Below are positions 43,771-58,519 of a stretch of DNA of 64,000 bases, one piece after another. A program made the position numbers and the translations under genes. The notes beneath the pieces are model-generated. The model saw only the letters and a list, made by a program, of their open reading frames with translations, did not search any database and was not told where the DNA came from. The first letter of the stretch is position 1; every line of letters starts with the position of its first letter. This DNA is from Eledone cirrhosa (lineage: Eukaryota), in contig OZ024742.1 of assembly GCA_964016885.1 (NCBI GenBank), positions 24,180,001 through 24,244,000 of the forward strand, given 5' to 3'.

Positions 43771-46700
43771 TACCACTTTACAGAGTCTAATGGGAGTATT
43801 TTATCATGACACTATCACTACCACTTTACAGATTCTAATGGGAGTATTTTATCATGACCCTAACACTACCACTTTACAGAGTCTAATGGGAGTATTTTAT
43901 CATGACACTAGCACTACCACTTTATAGAGTCTAATGGGAGTATTTTATCATGACACTAGCACTACCACTTTACAGAGTCTAATGAGAGTATTTTATCATG
44001 ACACTAGCACTACCACTTTATAGAGTCTAATGGGAGTATTTTATCATGACACTAGCACTACCACTTTATAGAGTCTAATGGGAGTATTTTATCATGACAC
44101 TAGCACTACCATTTTCCAGAGTCTAATGGGAGTATTTTATCATGACACTAGCACTACCACTTTACAGAGTCTAATGGGAGTATTTTATCATGACACTAGC
44201 ATTACCACTTTACAGAGTCTATTGGGAGTATTTTATCATGACACTAGCACTACCACTTTATAGAGTCTAATGGGAGTATTTTATCATGACACTAGCACTA
44301 CCACTTTACAGAGTCTAATGGGAGTATTTTATCATGACACTAGCACTACCAATTTACAGAGTCTAATGGGAGTATTTTATCATGACACTAGCACTACCAC
44401 TTTACAGAGTCTAATGGGAGTATTTTATCATGACACTTGCACTACCACTTTACAGAGTCTAATGGGTGTATTTTATCATGACACTAGCACTACCACTTTA
44501 TAGAGTCTAATGGGAGTATTTTATCATGACATTAACACTACCACTTTATAGAGTCTAATGGGAGTATTTTATCATGACACTAACACTACCACTTTACAGA
44601 GTCTAATGGGAGTATTTTATCATGACACTAGCACTACCACTTTACAGAGTCTATTGGGAGTATTTTATCATGACACTAGCACTACCACTTTCCAGAGTCT
44701 AATGGGAGTATTTTATCATGACACTAGCACTACCACTTTACAGAGTCTAATGGGAGTATTTTATCATGACACTATCACTACCACTTTACAGAGTCTAATG
44801 GGAGTATTTTATCATGACACGAGCACTACCACTTTATAGAGTCTAATGAGAGTATTTTATCATGACACTAGCACTACCACTTTATAGAGTCTAATGGGAG
44901 TATTTTATCATGACACTAGCACTACCACTTTACAGAGTCTAATGGGAGTATTTTATCATGACACTATCACTACCACTTTACAGAGTCTAATGGGAGTATT
45001 TTATCATGACACTATCACTACCACTTTACAGAGTCTAATGGGAGTATTTTATCATGACACTAGCAGTACCACTTTATAGAGTCTAATGGGAGTATTTTAT
45101 CATGACACAAGCACTACCACTTTACAGAGTCTAATGAGAGTATTTTATCATGACACTAGCACTACCACTTTATAGAGTCTAATGGGAGTATTTTATCATG
45201 ACACTAGCACTACCACTTTATAGAGTCTAATGGGAGTATTTTATCATGACACTAGCACTACCATTTTCCAGAGTCTAATGGGAGTATTTTATCATGACAC
45301 TAGCACTACCACTTTACAGAGACTAATGGGAGTATTTTATCATGACACAAGCACTACCACTTTACAGAGTCTAATGGGAGTATTTTATCAGGACACTAGC
45401 ACTACCACTTTACAGAGTCTAATAGGTGTATTTTATCATGACACTAGCACTACCACTTTATAGAGTCTAATGGGAGTATTTTATCATGACATTAACACTA
45501 CCACTTTATAGAGTCTAATGGGAGTATTTTATCATGACACTAGCACTACCACTTTACAGAGTCTAATGGGAGTATTTTATCATGACACTAGCACTACCAC
45601 TTTCCAGAGTCTAATGGGAGTATTTTATCATGACACTAGCACTACCACTTTACAGAGTCTAATGGGAGTATTTTATCATGACACGAGCACTACCACTTTA
45701 TAGAGTCTAATGAGAGTATTTTATCATGACACTAGCACTACCACTTTATAGAGTCTAATGGGAGTATTTTATCATGACACTAGCACTACCACTTTACAGA
45801 GTCTAATGGGAGTATTTTATCATGACACTATCACTACCACTTTACAGAGTCTAATGGGAGTATTTTATCATGACACTATCACTACCACTTTACAGAGTCT
45901 AATGGGAGTATTTTATCATGACCCTAACACTACCACTTTACAGAGTCTAATGGGAGTATTTTTTCATGACACTAACACTACCACTTTACAGAGTCTAATG
46001 GGAGTATTTTATCATGACACTAGCACTACCACTTTACAGAGTCTAATGGGAGTATTTTATCATGACACTAGCACTACCACTTTACAGAGTCTAATGGGAG
46101 TATTTTATCATGACACTAGCACTACCACTTTACAGAGTCTATTGGGAGTATTTTATCATGACACTAGCGCTACCACTTTACAGAGTCTAATGGGAGTATT
46201 TTATCATGACACTAACACTACCACTTTATAGAGTCTAATGGGAGTATTTTATCATGACACTAGCACTACCACTTTATAGAGTCTAATGGGAGTATTTTAT
46301 CATGACACTAGCACTACCACTTTACAGAGTCTAATGGGAGTATTTTATCATGACACTAGCACTACCACTTTACAGAGTCTAATGGGAGTATTATATCATG
46401 ACACTATCACTACCACTTTACAGATTCTAATGGGAGTATTTTATCATGACCCTAACACTACCACTTTACAGAGTCTAATGGGAGTATTTTATCATGACAC
46501 TAGCACTACCACTTTATAGAGTCTAATGGGAGTATTTTATCACGACACTAGCACTACCACTTTACAGAGTCTAATGGGAGTATTTTATCATGACACTAGC
46601 ACTACCACTTTATAGAGTCTAATGGGAGTATTTTATCATGACACTAGCACTACCACTTTACAGAGTCTAATGGGAGTATTTTATCATGACAATAGCACTA

Positions 46701-47149
46701 CCACTTTACAGAATCTAATGGGAGTATTTTATCATGACACTAACACTACCACTTTACAGAGTCTAATGGGAGTATTTTAACATGACACTAGCACTACTAG
46801 TTTCCAGAGTCTAATGGGAGTATTTTATCATGACACTAGCACTACCACTTTCCAGAGTCTAATGGGAGTATTTTATCATGACACTAGCACTACCACTTAA
46901 CAGAGTCTAATGGGAGTATTTTATCATGACACTAGCACTACCACTTTACAGAGTCTAATGGGAGTATTTTATCATGACACTAGCACTACCACTTTCCAGA
47001 GTCTAATGGGAGTATTTTATCATGACACTAGCACTACCACTTTACAGAGTCTAATGGGAGTATTTTATCATGACACTAGCACTACCACTTTACAGAGTCT
47101 ATTGGGAGTATTTTATCATGACACTAGCACTACCACTTTATAGAGTCTA

Positions 47150-50100
47150 ATGGGAGTATTTTATCATGACACTAGCACTACCACTTTACAGAGTCTAATG
47201 GGAGTATTTTATCATGACACTAGCACTACCACTTTACAGAGTCTAATGGGAGTATTTTATCATGACACTAGCACTACCACTTTACAGAGTCTATTGGGAG
47301 TATTTTATCATGACACTAGCACTACCACTTTACATAGTCTAATGGGAGTATTTTATCATGACACTAACACTACCACTTTATAGAGTCTAATGGGAGTATT
47401 TTATCATGACACTAGCACTACCACTTTATAGAGTCTAATGGGAGTATTTTATCATGACACTAGCACTACCACTTTACAGTGTCTAATGGGAGTATTTTAT
47501 CATGACACTAACACTACCACTTTATAGAGTCTAATGGGAGTATTTTGTCATGACACTAGCACTACCACTTTACAGAGTCTAATGGGAGTATTTTATCATG
47601 ACACTATCACTACCACTTTACAGAGTCTAATGGGAGTATTTTATCATGACACTAGCACTACCACTTTATAGAGTCTAATGAGAGTATTTTATCATGACAC
47701 TAGCACTACCACTTTATAGAGTCTAATGGGAGTATTTTATCATGACACTAGCACTACCACTTTACAGAGTCTAATGGGAGTATTTTATCATGACACTAGC
47801 ACTACCAATTTACAGAGTCTAATGGGAGTATTTTATCATGACACTATCACTACCACTTTACAGATTCTAATGGGAGTATTTTATCATGACCCTAACACTA
47901 CCACGTTACAGAGTCTAATGGGAGTATTTTATCATGACACTAGCACTACCACTTTATAGAGTCTAATGGGAGTATTTTATCATGACACTAGCACTACCAC
48001 TTTACAGAGTCTAATGAGAGTATTTTATCATGACACTAGCACTACCACTTTATAGAGTCTAATGGGAGTATTTTATCATGACACTAGCACTACCACTTTA
48101 TAGAGTCTAATGGGAGTATTTTATCATGACACTAGCACTACCACTTTCCAGAGTCTAATGGGAGTATTTTATCATGACACTAGCACTACCACTTTACAGA
48201 GTCTAATGGGAGTATTTTATCATGACACTAGCATTACCACTTTACATAGTCTATTGGGAGTATTTTATCATGACACTAGCACTACCACTTTATAGAGTCT
48301 AATGGGAGTATTTTATCATGACACTAGCACTACCACTTTACAGAGACTAATGGGAGTATTTTATCATGACACTAGCACTACCAATTTACAGAGTCTAATG
48401 GGAGTATTTTATCATGACACTAGCACTACCACTTTACAGAGTCTAATGGGAGTATTTTATCATGACACTAGCACTACCACTTTACAGAGTCTAATGGGTG
48501 TATTTTATCATGACACTAGCACTACCACTTTATAGAGTCTAATGGGAGTATTTTATCATGACACTAACACTACCACTTTACAGAGTCTAATGGGAGTATT
48601 TTATCATGACACTAGCACTACCACTTTACAGAGTCTAATGGGAGTATTTTATCATGACACTATCACTACCACTTTACAGATTCTAATGGGAGTATTTTAT
48701 CATGACCCTAACACTACCACTTTACAGAGTCTAATGGGAGTATTTTATCATGACACTAGCACTACCACTTTATAGAGTCTAATGGGAGTATTTTATCATG
48801 ACACTAGCACTACCACTTTACAGAGTCTAATGAGAGTATTTTATCATGACAAAAGCACTACCACTTTATAGAGTCTAATGGGAGTATTTTATCATGACAC
48901 TAGCACTACCACTTTATAGAGTCTAATGGGAGTATTTTATCATGACACTAGCACTACCACTTTCCAGAGTCTAATGGGAGTATTTTATCATGACACTAGC
49001 ACTACCACTTTACAGAGTCTAATGGGAGTATTTTATCATGACACTAGCACTACCACTTTCCAGAGTCTAATGGGAGTATTTTATCATGACACTAGCACTA
49101 CCACTTTACAGAGTCTAATGGGAGTATTTTATCATGACACTAGCACTACCAATTTACAGAGTCTAATGGGAGTATTTTATCATGACACTAGCACTACCAC
49201 TTTACAGAGTCTAATGGGAGTATTTTATCATGACACTAGCACTACCACTTTACAGAGTCTAATGGGTGTATTTTATCATGACACTAGCACTACCACTTTA
49301 TAGAGTCTAATGGGAGTATTTTATCATGACACTAACACTACCACTTTACAGAGTCTAATGGGAGTATTTTATCATGACACTAGCACTACCACTTTACAGA
49401 GTCTAATGGGAGTATTTTATCATGACACTATCACTACCACTTTACAGATTCTAATGGGAGTATTTTATCATGACCCTAACACTACCACTTTACAGAGTCT
49501 AATGGGAGTATTTTATCATGACACTAGCACTACCACTTTATAGAGTCTAATGGGAGTATTTTATCATGACACTAGCACTACCACTTTACAGAGTCTAATG
49601 AGAGTATTTTATCATGACAAAAGCACTACCACTTTATAGAGTCTAATGGGAGTATTTTATCATGACACTAGCACTACCACTTTATAGAGTCTAATGGGAG
49701 TATTTTATCATGACACTAGCACTACCACTTTCCAGAGTCTAATGGGAGTATTTTATCATGACACTAGCACTACCACTTTACAGAGTCTAATGGGAGTATT
49801 TTATCATGACACTAGCATTACCACTTTACAGAGTCTATTGGGAGTATTTTATCATGACACTAGCACTACCACTTTATAGAGTCTAATGGGAGTATTTTAT
49901 CATGACACTAGCACTACCACTTTACAGAGACTAATGGGAGTATTTTATCATGACACTAGCACTACCAATTTACAGAGTCTAATGGGAGTATTTTATCATG
50001 ACACTAGCACTACCACTTTACAGAGTCTAATGGGAGTATTTTATCATGACACTAGCACTACCACTTTACAGAGTCTAATGGGTGTATTTTATCATGACAC

Positions 50101-53100
50101 TAGCAGTACCACTTTATATAGTCTAATGGGAGTATTTTATCATGACACTAACACTACCACTTTATAGAGTCTAATGGGAGTATTTTATCATGACACTAAC
50201 ACTACCACTTTACAGAGTCTAATGGGAGTATTTTATCATGACACTAGCACTACCACTTTACAGAGTCTAATGGGAGTATTTTATCATGACACTAGCACTA
50301 CCACTTTCCAGAGTCTAATGGGAGTATTTTATCATGACACTAGCACTACCACTTTACAGAGTCTAATGGGAGTATTTTATCATGACACGAGCACTACCAC
50401 TTTATAGAGTCTAATGAGAGTATTTTATCATGACACTAGCACTACCACTTTATAGAGTCTAATGGGAGTATTTTATCATGACACTAGCACTACCACTTTA
50501 CAGAGTCTAATGGGAGTATTTTATCATGACACTAGCACTACCACTTTACAGAGTCTAATGGGAGTATTTTATCATGACACTAGCACTACCACTTTACAGA
50601 GTCTAATGGGTGTATTTTATCATGACACTAGCAGTACCACTTTATAGAGTCTAATGGGAGTATTTTATCATGACACTAACACTACCACTTTATAGAGTCT
50701 AATGGGAGTATTTTATCATGACACTAACACTACCACTTTACAGAGTGTAATGGGAGTATTTTATCATGACACTAGCACTACCACTTTACAGAGTCTAATG
50801 GGAGTATTTTATCATGACACTAGCACTACCACTTTCCAGAGTCTAATGGGAGTATTTTATCATGACACTAGAACTACTACTTTACAGAGTCTAATGGGAG
50901 TATTTTATCATGACACTATCACTACCACTTTACAGAGTCTAATGGGAGTATTTTATCATGACACGAGCACTACCACTTTATAGAGTCTAATGAGAGTATT
51001 TTATCATGACACTAGCACTACCACTTTATAGAGTCTAATGGGAGTATTTTATCATGACACTAGCACTACCACTTTACAGAGTCTAATGGGAGTATTTTAT
51101 CATGACACTATCACTACCACTTTACAGAGTCTAATGGGAGTATTTTATCATGACACTATCACTACCACTTTACAGAGTCTAATGGGAGTATTTTATCATG
51201 ACCCTAACACTACCACTTTACAGAGTCTAATGGGAGTATTTTTTCATGACACTAACACTACCACTTTACAGAGTCTAATGGGAGTATTTTATCATGACAC
51301 TAGCACTACCACTTTCCAGAGTCTAACGGGAGTATTTTATCATGACACTAGCACTACCACTTTACAGAGTCTAATGGGAGTATTTTATCATGACACTAAC
51401 ACTACCACTTTATAGAGTCTAATGGGAGTATTTTATCATTACACTAGCACTACCACTTTATAGAGTCTAATGGGAGTATTTTATCATGACACTAGCACTA
51501 CCACTTTACAGAGTCTAATGGGAGTATTTTATCATAACCCTAGCACTACCACTTTATAGAGTCTAATGGGAGTATTTTATCATGACACTAGCACTACCAC
51601 TTTACAGAGTCTAATGGGAGTATTTTATCATGACACTAGCACTACCACTTTACAGAGTCTAATGGGAGTATTTTATCATGACACTAGCACTACCACTTTA
51701 CAGAGTCTATTGGGAGTATTTTATCATGACGCTAGCACTACCACTTTACATAGTCTAATGGGAGTATTTTATCATGACACTAACACTACCACTTTATAGA
51801 GTCTAATGGGAGTATTTTATCATGACACTAGCACTAACACTTTATAGAGTCTAATGGGAGTATTTTATCATGACACTAGCACTACCACTTTACAGAGTCT
51901 AATGGGAGTATTTTATCATGACACTAACACTACCACTTTATAGAGTCTAATGGGAGTATTTTGTCATGACACTAGCACTACCACTTTACAGAGTCTAATG
52001 GGAGTATTTTATCATGACACTATCACTACCACTTTACAGAGTCTAATGGGAGTATTTTATCATGACACTAGCACTACCACTTTATAGAGTCTAATGAGAG
52101 TATTTTATCATGACACTAGCACTACCACTTTATAGAGTCTAATGGGAGTATTTTATCATGACACTAGCACTACCACTTTACAGAGTCTAATGGGAGTATT
52201 TTATCATGACACTAGCACTACCACTTTACAGAGTCTAATGGGAGTATTTTATCATGACACTATCACTACCACTTTACAGATTCTAATGGGAGTATTTTAT
52301 CATGACCCTAACACTACCACGTTACAGAGTCTAATGGGAGTATTTTATCATGACACTAGCACTACCACTTTATAGAGTCTAATGGGAGTATTTTATCATG
52401 ACACTAGCACTACCACTTTACAGAGTCTAATGAGAGTATTTTATCATGACACTAGCACTACCACTTTATAGAGTCTAATGGGAGTATTTTATCATGACAC
52501 TAGCACTACCACTTTATAGAGTCTAATGGGAGTATTTTATCATGACACTAGCACTACCACTTTCCAGAGTCTAATGGGAGTATTTTATCATGACACTAGC
52601 ACTACCACTTTACAGAGTCTAATGGGAGTATTTTATCATGACACTAGCATTACCACTTTACATAGTCTATTGGGAGTATTTTATCATGACACTAGCACTA
52701 CCACTTTATAGAGTCTAATGGGAGTATTTTATCATGACACTAGCACTACTACTTTACAGAGACTAATGGGAGTATTTTATCATGACACTAGCACTACCAA
52801 TTTACAGAGTCTAATGGGAGTATTTTATCATGACACTAGCACTACCACTTTACAGAGTCTAATGGGAGTATTTTATCATGACACTAGCACTACCACTTTA
52901 CAGAGTCTAATGGGTGTATTTTATCATGACACTAGCACTACCACTTTATAGAGTCTAATGGGAGTATTTTATCATGACACTAACACTACCACTTTACAGA
53001 GTCTAATGGGAGTATTTTATCTAACACTAGCACTACCACTTTACAGAGTCTAATGGGAGTATTTTATCATGACACTATCACTACCACTTTACAGATTCTA

Positions 53101-53330
53101 ATGGGAGTATTTTATCATGACCCTAACACTACCACTTTACAGAGTCTAATGGGAGTATTTTATCATGACACTAGCACTACCACTTTATAGAGTCTAATGG
53201 GAGTATTTTATCATGACACTAGCACTACCACTTTACAGAGTCTAATGAGAGTATTTTATCATGACACTAGCACTACCACTTTATAGAGTCTAATGGGAGT
53301 ATTTTATCATGACACTAGCACTACCACTTT
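47150..53330. repeat. Dispersed higher-order copy (about 47.15-48.9 kb repeated at +4416 bp, 92 monomers) enclosing a 768-bp (16-monomer) tandem duplication
   Basis: ORFs 47150/51566, 47726/52142, 48110/52526 and 48302/52718, with markers TTACATAGT, TTTTGTCAT and CCACGTTA. Inner pair 48542/49310 carries GACAAAAGC at ~48848/49616. Confidence 0.85.
53018..53028. other. 1-bp deletion (TATCTAACAC vs TATCATGACAC)
   Basis: The ATG phase goes from 14 to 13 mod 48 between ORFs 52718 and 53341. Confidence 0.9.
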
Positions 53331-54690
53331 ATAGAGTCTAATGGGAGTATTTTATCATGACACTAGCACTACCACTTTCCAGAGTCTAATGGGAGTATTT
53401 TATCATGACACTAGCACTACCACTTTACAGAGTCTAATGGGAGTATTTTATCATGACACTAGCATTACCACTTTACAGAGTCTATTGGGAGTATTTTATC
53501 ATGACACTAGCACTACCACTTTATAGAGTCTAATGGGAGTATTTTATCATGACACTATCACTACCACTTTACAGAGACTAATGGGAGTATTTTATCATGA
53601 CACTAGCACTACCACTTTAAAGAGTCTAATGGGAGTATTTTATCATGACACTAGCACTACCACTTTATAGAGTCTAATGGGAGTATTTTATCATGACACT
53701 AGCACTACCACTTTACAGAGTCTAATGAGAGTATTTTATCATGACACTAGCACTACCACTTTATAGAGTCTAATGGGAGTATTTTATCATGACACTAGCA
53801 CTACCACTTTATAGAGTCTAATGGGAGTATTTTATCATGACACTAGCACTACCACTTTCCAGAGTCTAATGGGAGTATTTTATCATGACACTAGCACTAC
53901 CACTTTACAGTGTCTAATGGGAGTATTTTATCATGACACTAGCATTACCACTTTACAGAGTCTATTGGGAGTATTTTATCATGACACTAGCACTACGACT
54001 TTATAGAGTCTAATGGGAGTATTTTATCATGACACTAGCACTACCACTTTACAGAGACTAATGGGAGTATTTTATCATGACACTATCACTACCACTTTAC
54101 AGAGTCTAATGGGTGTATTTTATCATGACACTAGCAGTACCACTTTATAGAGTCTAATGGGAGTATTTTATCATGACACTAACACTACCACTTTATAGAG
54201 TCTAATGGGAGTATTTTATCATGACACTAACACTACCACTTTACAGAGTCTAATGGGAGTATTTTATCATGACACTAGCACTACCACTTTACAGAGTCTA
54301 ATGGGAGTATTTTATCATGACACTATCACTACCACTTTACAGAGTCTAATGGGTGTATTTTATCATGACAATAGCAGTACCACTTTATAGAGTCTAATGG
54401 GAGTATTTTATCATGACACTAACATTACCACTTTATAGAGTCTAATGGGAGTATTTTATCATGACACTAACACTACCACTTTACAGAGTCTAATGGGAGT
54501 ATTTTATCATGACATTAGCACTACCACTTTACAGAGTCTAATGGGAGTATTTTATCATGACACTAGCACTACCACTTTCCAGAGTCTAATGGGAGTATTT
54601 TATCATGACACTAGCACTACCACTTTACAGAGTCTAATGGGAGTATTTTATCATGACACTATCACTACCACTTTACAGAGTCTAATGGGA

Positions 54691-54700
54691 GTATTTATCA
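54691..54700. other. 1-bp deletion in the T4 run (GTATTTATC)
   Basis: The phase goes from 13 to 12 mod 48, which produces the frameshifted ORF tail IMTRALPLYRV. Confidence 0.9.
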
Positions 54701-57700
54701 TGACACGAGCACTACCACTTTATAGAGTCTAATGAGAGTATTTTATCATGACACTAGCACTACCAGTTTATAGAGTCTAATGGGAGTATTTAATCATGAC
54801 ACTAGCACTACCACTCTACAGAGTCTAATGGGAGTATTTTATCATGACACTATCACTACCACTTTACAGAGTCTAATGGGAGTATTTTATCATGACACTA
54901 TCACTACCACTTTACAGAGTCTAATGGGAGTATTTTATCATGACCCTAACACTACCACTTTACAGAGTCTAATGGGAGTATTTTTTCATGACACTAACAC
55001 TACCACTTTACAGAGTCTAATGGGAGTATTTTATCATGACACTGGCACTACCACTTTACAGAGTCAAATGGGAGTATTTTATAATGACACTAGCACTACC
55101 ACTTTACAGAGTCTAATGGGAGTATTTTATCATGACACTAGCACTACCACTTTACAGAGTCTATTGGGAGTATTTTATCATGACACTAGCGCTACCACTT
55201 TACAGAGTCTAATGGGAGTATTTTATCATGACACTAACACTACCACTTTATAGAGTCTAATGGGAGTATTTTATCATGACACTAGCACTACCACTTTATA
55301 GAGTCTAATGGGAGTATTTTATCATGACACTAGCACTACCACTTTACAGAGTCTAATGGGAGTATTTTATCATGACACTAGCACTACCACTTTACAGAGT
55401 CTAATGGGAGTATTTTATCATGACACTATCACTACCACTTTACAGATTCTAATGGGAGTATTTTATCATGACCCTAACACTACCACTTTACAGAGTCTAA
55501 TGGGAGTATTTTATCATGACACTAGCACTACCACTTTATAGAGTCTAATGGGAGTATTTTATCATGACACTAGCACTACCACTTTACAGAGTCTAATGGG
55601 AGTATTTTATCATGACACTAGCACTACCACTTTATAGAGTCTAATGGGAGTATTTTATCATGACACTAGCACTACCACTTTACCGAGTCTAATGGGAGTA
55701 TTTTATCATGACACTAGCACTACCACTTTACAGAATCTAATGGGAGTATTTTATCATGACACTAACACTACCACTTTACAGAGTCTAATTGGAGTATTTT
55801 AACATGACACTAGCACTACCAGTTTCCAGAGTCTAATGGGAGTATTTTATCATGACACTAGCACTACCACTTTCCAGAGTCTAATGGGAGTATTTTATCA
55901 TGACACTAGCACTACCACTTAACAGAGTCTAATGGGAGTATTTTATCATGACACTAGCACTACCACTTTACAGAGTCTAATGGGAGTATTTTATCATGAC
56001 ACTAGCACTACCACTTTATAGAGTCTAATGGGAGTATTTTATCATGACACTAGCACTACGACTTTATAGAGTCTAATGGGAGTATTTTATCATGACACTA
56101 GCACTACCACTTTACAGAGTCTAATGGGAGTATTTTATCATGACACTAACACTACCACTTTATAGAGTCTAATGGGAGTATTTTGTCATGACACTAGCAC
56201 TACCACTTTACAGAGTCTATTGGGAGTATTTTATCATGACACTATCACTACCACTTTACAGAGTCTAATGAGAGTATTTTATCATGACACTAGCACTACC
56301 ACTTTATAGAGTCTAATGGGAGTATTTTATCATGACACTAGCACTACCACTTTATAGAGTCTAATGGGAGTATTTTATCATGACACTAGCACTACCACTT
56401 TCCAGAGTCTAATGGGAGTATTTTATCATGACACTAGCACTACCACTTTGCAGAGTCTAATGGGAGTATTTTATCATGACCCTAACACTACCACTTTACA
56501 GAGTCTAATGGGAGTATTTTATCATGACACTAGCACTACCACTTTATAGAGTCTAATGGGAGTATTTTATCATGACACTAGCACTACCACTTTACAGAGT
56601 CTAATGAGAGTATTTTATCATGACACTAGCACTACCACTTTATAGAGTCTAATGGGAGTATTTTATCATGACACTAGCACTACCACTTTATAGAGTCTAA
56701 TGGGAGTATTTTATCATGACACTAGCACTACCACTTTCCAGAGTCTAATGGGAGTATTTTATCATGACACTAGCACTACCACTTTACAGAGTCTAATGGG
56801 AGTAGTTTATCATGACACTAGCATTACCACTTTACAGAGTCTATTGGGAGTATTTTATCATGAAACTAGCACTACCACTTTATAGAGTCTAATGGGAGTA
56901 TTTTATCATGACACTAGCACTACCACTTTACAGAGACTAATGGGAATATTTTATCATGACACTAGCACTACCAATTTACAGAGTCTAATGGGAGTATTTT
57001 ATCATGACACTAGCACTACCACTTTACAGAGTCTAATGGGAGTATTTTATCATGACACTAGCACTACCACTTTACAGAGTCTAATGGGTGTATTTTATCA
57101 TGACACTAGCAGTACCACTTTATAGAGTCTAATGCGAGTATTTTATCATGACACTAACACTACCACTTTATAGAGTCTAATGGGAGTATTTTATCATGAC
57201 ACTAACACTACCACTTTACAGAGTCTAATGGGAGTATTTTATCATGACACTAGCACTACCACTTTACAGAGTCTAATGGGAGTATTTTATCATGACACTA
57301 GCACTACCACTTTCCAGAGTCTAATGGGAGTATTTTATCATGACACTAGCACTACCACTTTACAGAGTCTAATGGGAGTATTTTATCATGACACTATCAC
57401 TACCACTTTACAGAGTCTAATGGGAGTATTTTATCATGACACGAGCACTACCACTTTATAGAGTCTAATGAGAGTATTTTATCATGACACTAGCACTACC
57501 ACTTTATAGAGTCTAATGGGAGTATTTTATCATGACACTAGCACTACCACTTTACAGAGTCTAATGGGAGTATTTTATCATGACACTATCACTACCACTT
57601 TACAGAGTCTAATGGGAGTATTTTATCATGACACTATCACTACCACTTTACAGAGTCTAATGGGAGTATTTTATCATGACCCTAACACTACCACTTTACA

Positions 57701-58519
57701 GATTCTAATGGGAGTATTTTTTCATGACACTAACACTACCACTTTACAGAGTCTAATGGGAGTATTTTATCATGACACTAGCACTACCACTTTACAGAGT
57801 CTAATGGGAGTATTTTATAATGACACTAGCACTACCACTTTACAGAGTCTAATGGGAGTATTTTATCATGACACTAGCACTACCACTTTACAGAGTCTAT
57901 TGGGAGTATTTTATCATGACACTAGCGCTACCACTTTACAGAGTCTAATGGGAGTATTTTATCATGACACTAACACTACCACTTTATAGAGTCTAATGGG
58001 AGTATTTTATCATGACACTAGCACTACCACTTTACAGAGTCTAATGGGAGTATTTTATCATGACACTAGCACTACCACTTTACAGAGTCTATTGGGAGTA
58101 TTTTATCATGACACTAGCACTAACACTTTATAGAGTCTAATGGGAGTATTTTATCATGACACTAGCACTACCACTTTACAGAGTCTAATGGGAGTATTTT
58201 ATCATGACACTAACACTACCACTTTACAGAGTCTAATGGGAGTATTTTATCATGACACTAGCACTACCACTTTCCAGAGTCTAACGGGAGTATTTTATCA
58301 TGACACTAGCACTACCACTTTACAGAGTCTAATGGGAGTATTTTATCATGACACTAACACTACCACTTTATAGAGTCTAATGGCAGTATTTTATCATTAC
58401 ACTAGCACTACCACTTTATAGAGTCTAATGGGAGTATTTTATCATGACACTAGCACTACCACTTTACAGAGTCTAATGGGAGTATTTTATCATGACACTA
58501 ACACTACCACTTTATAGAG

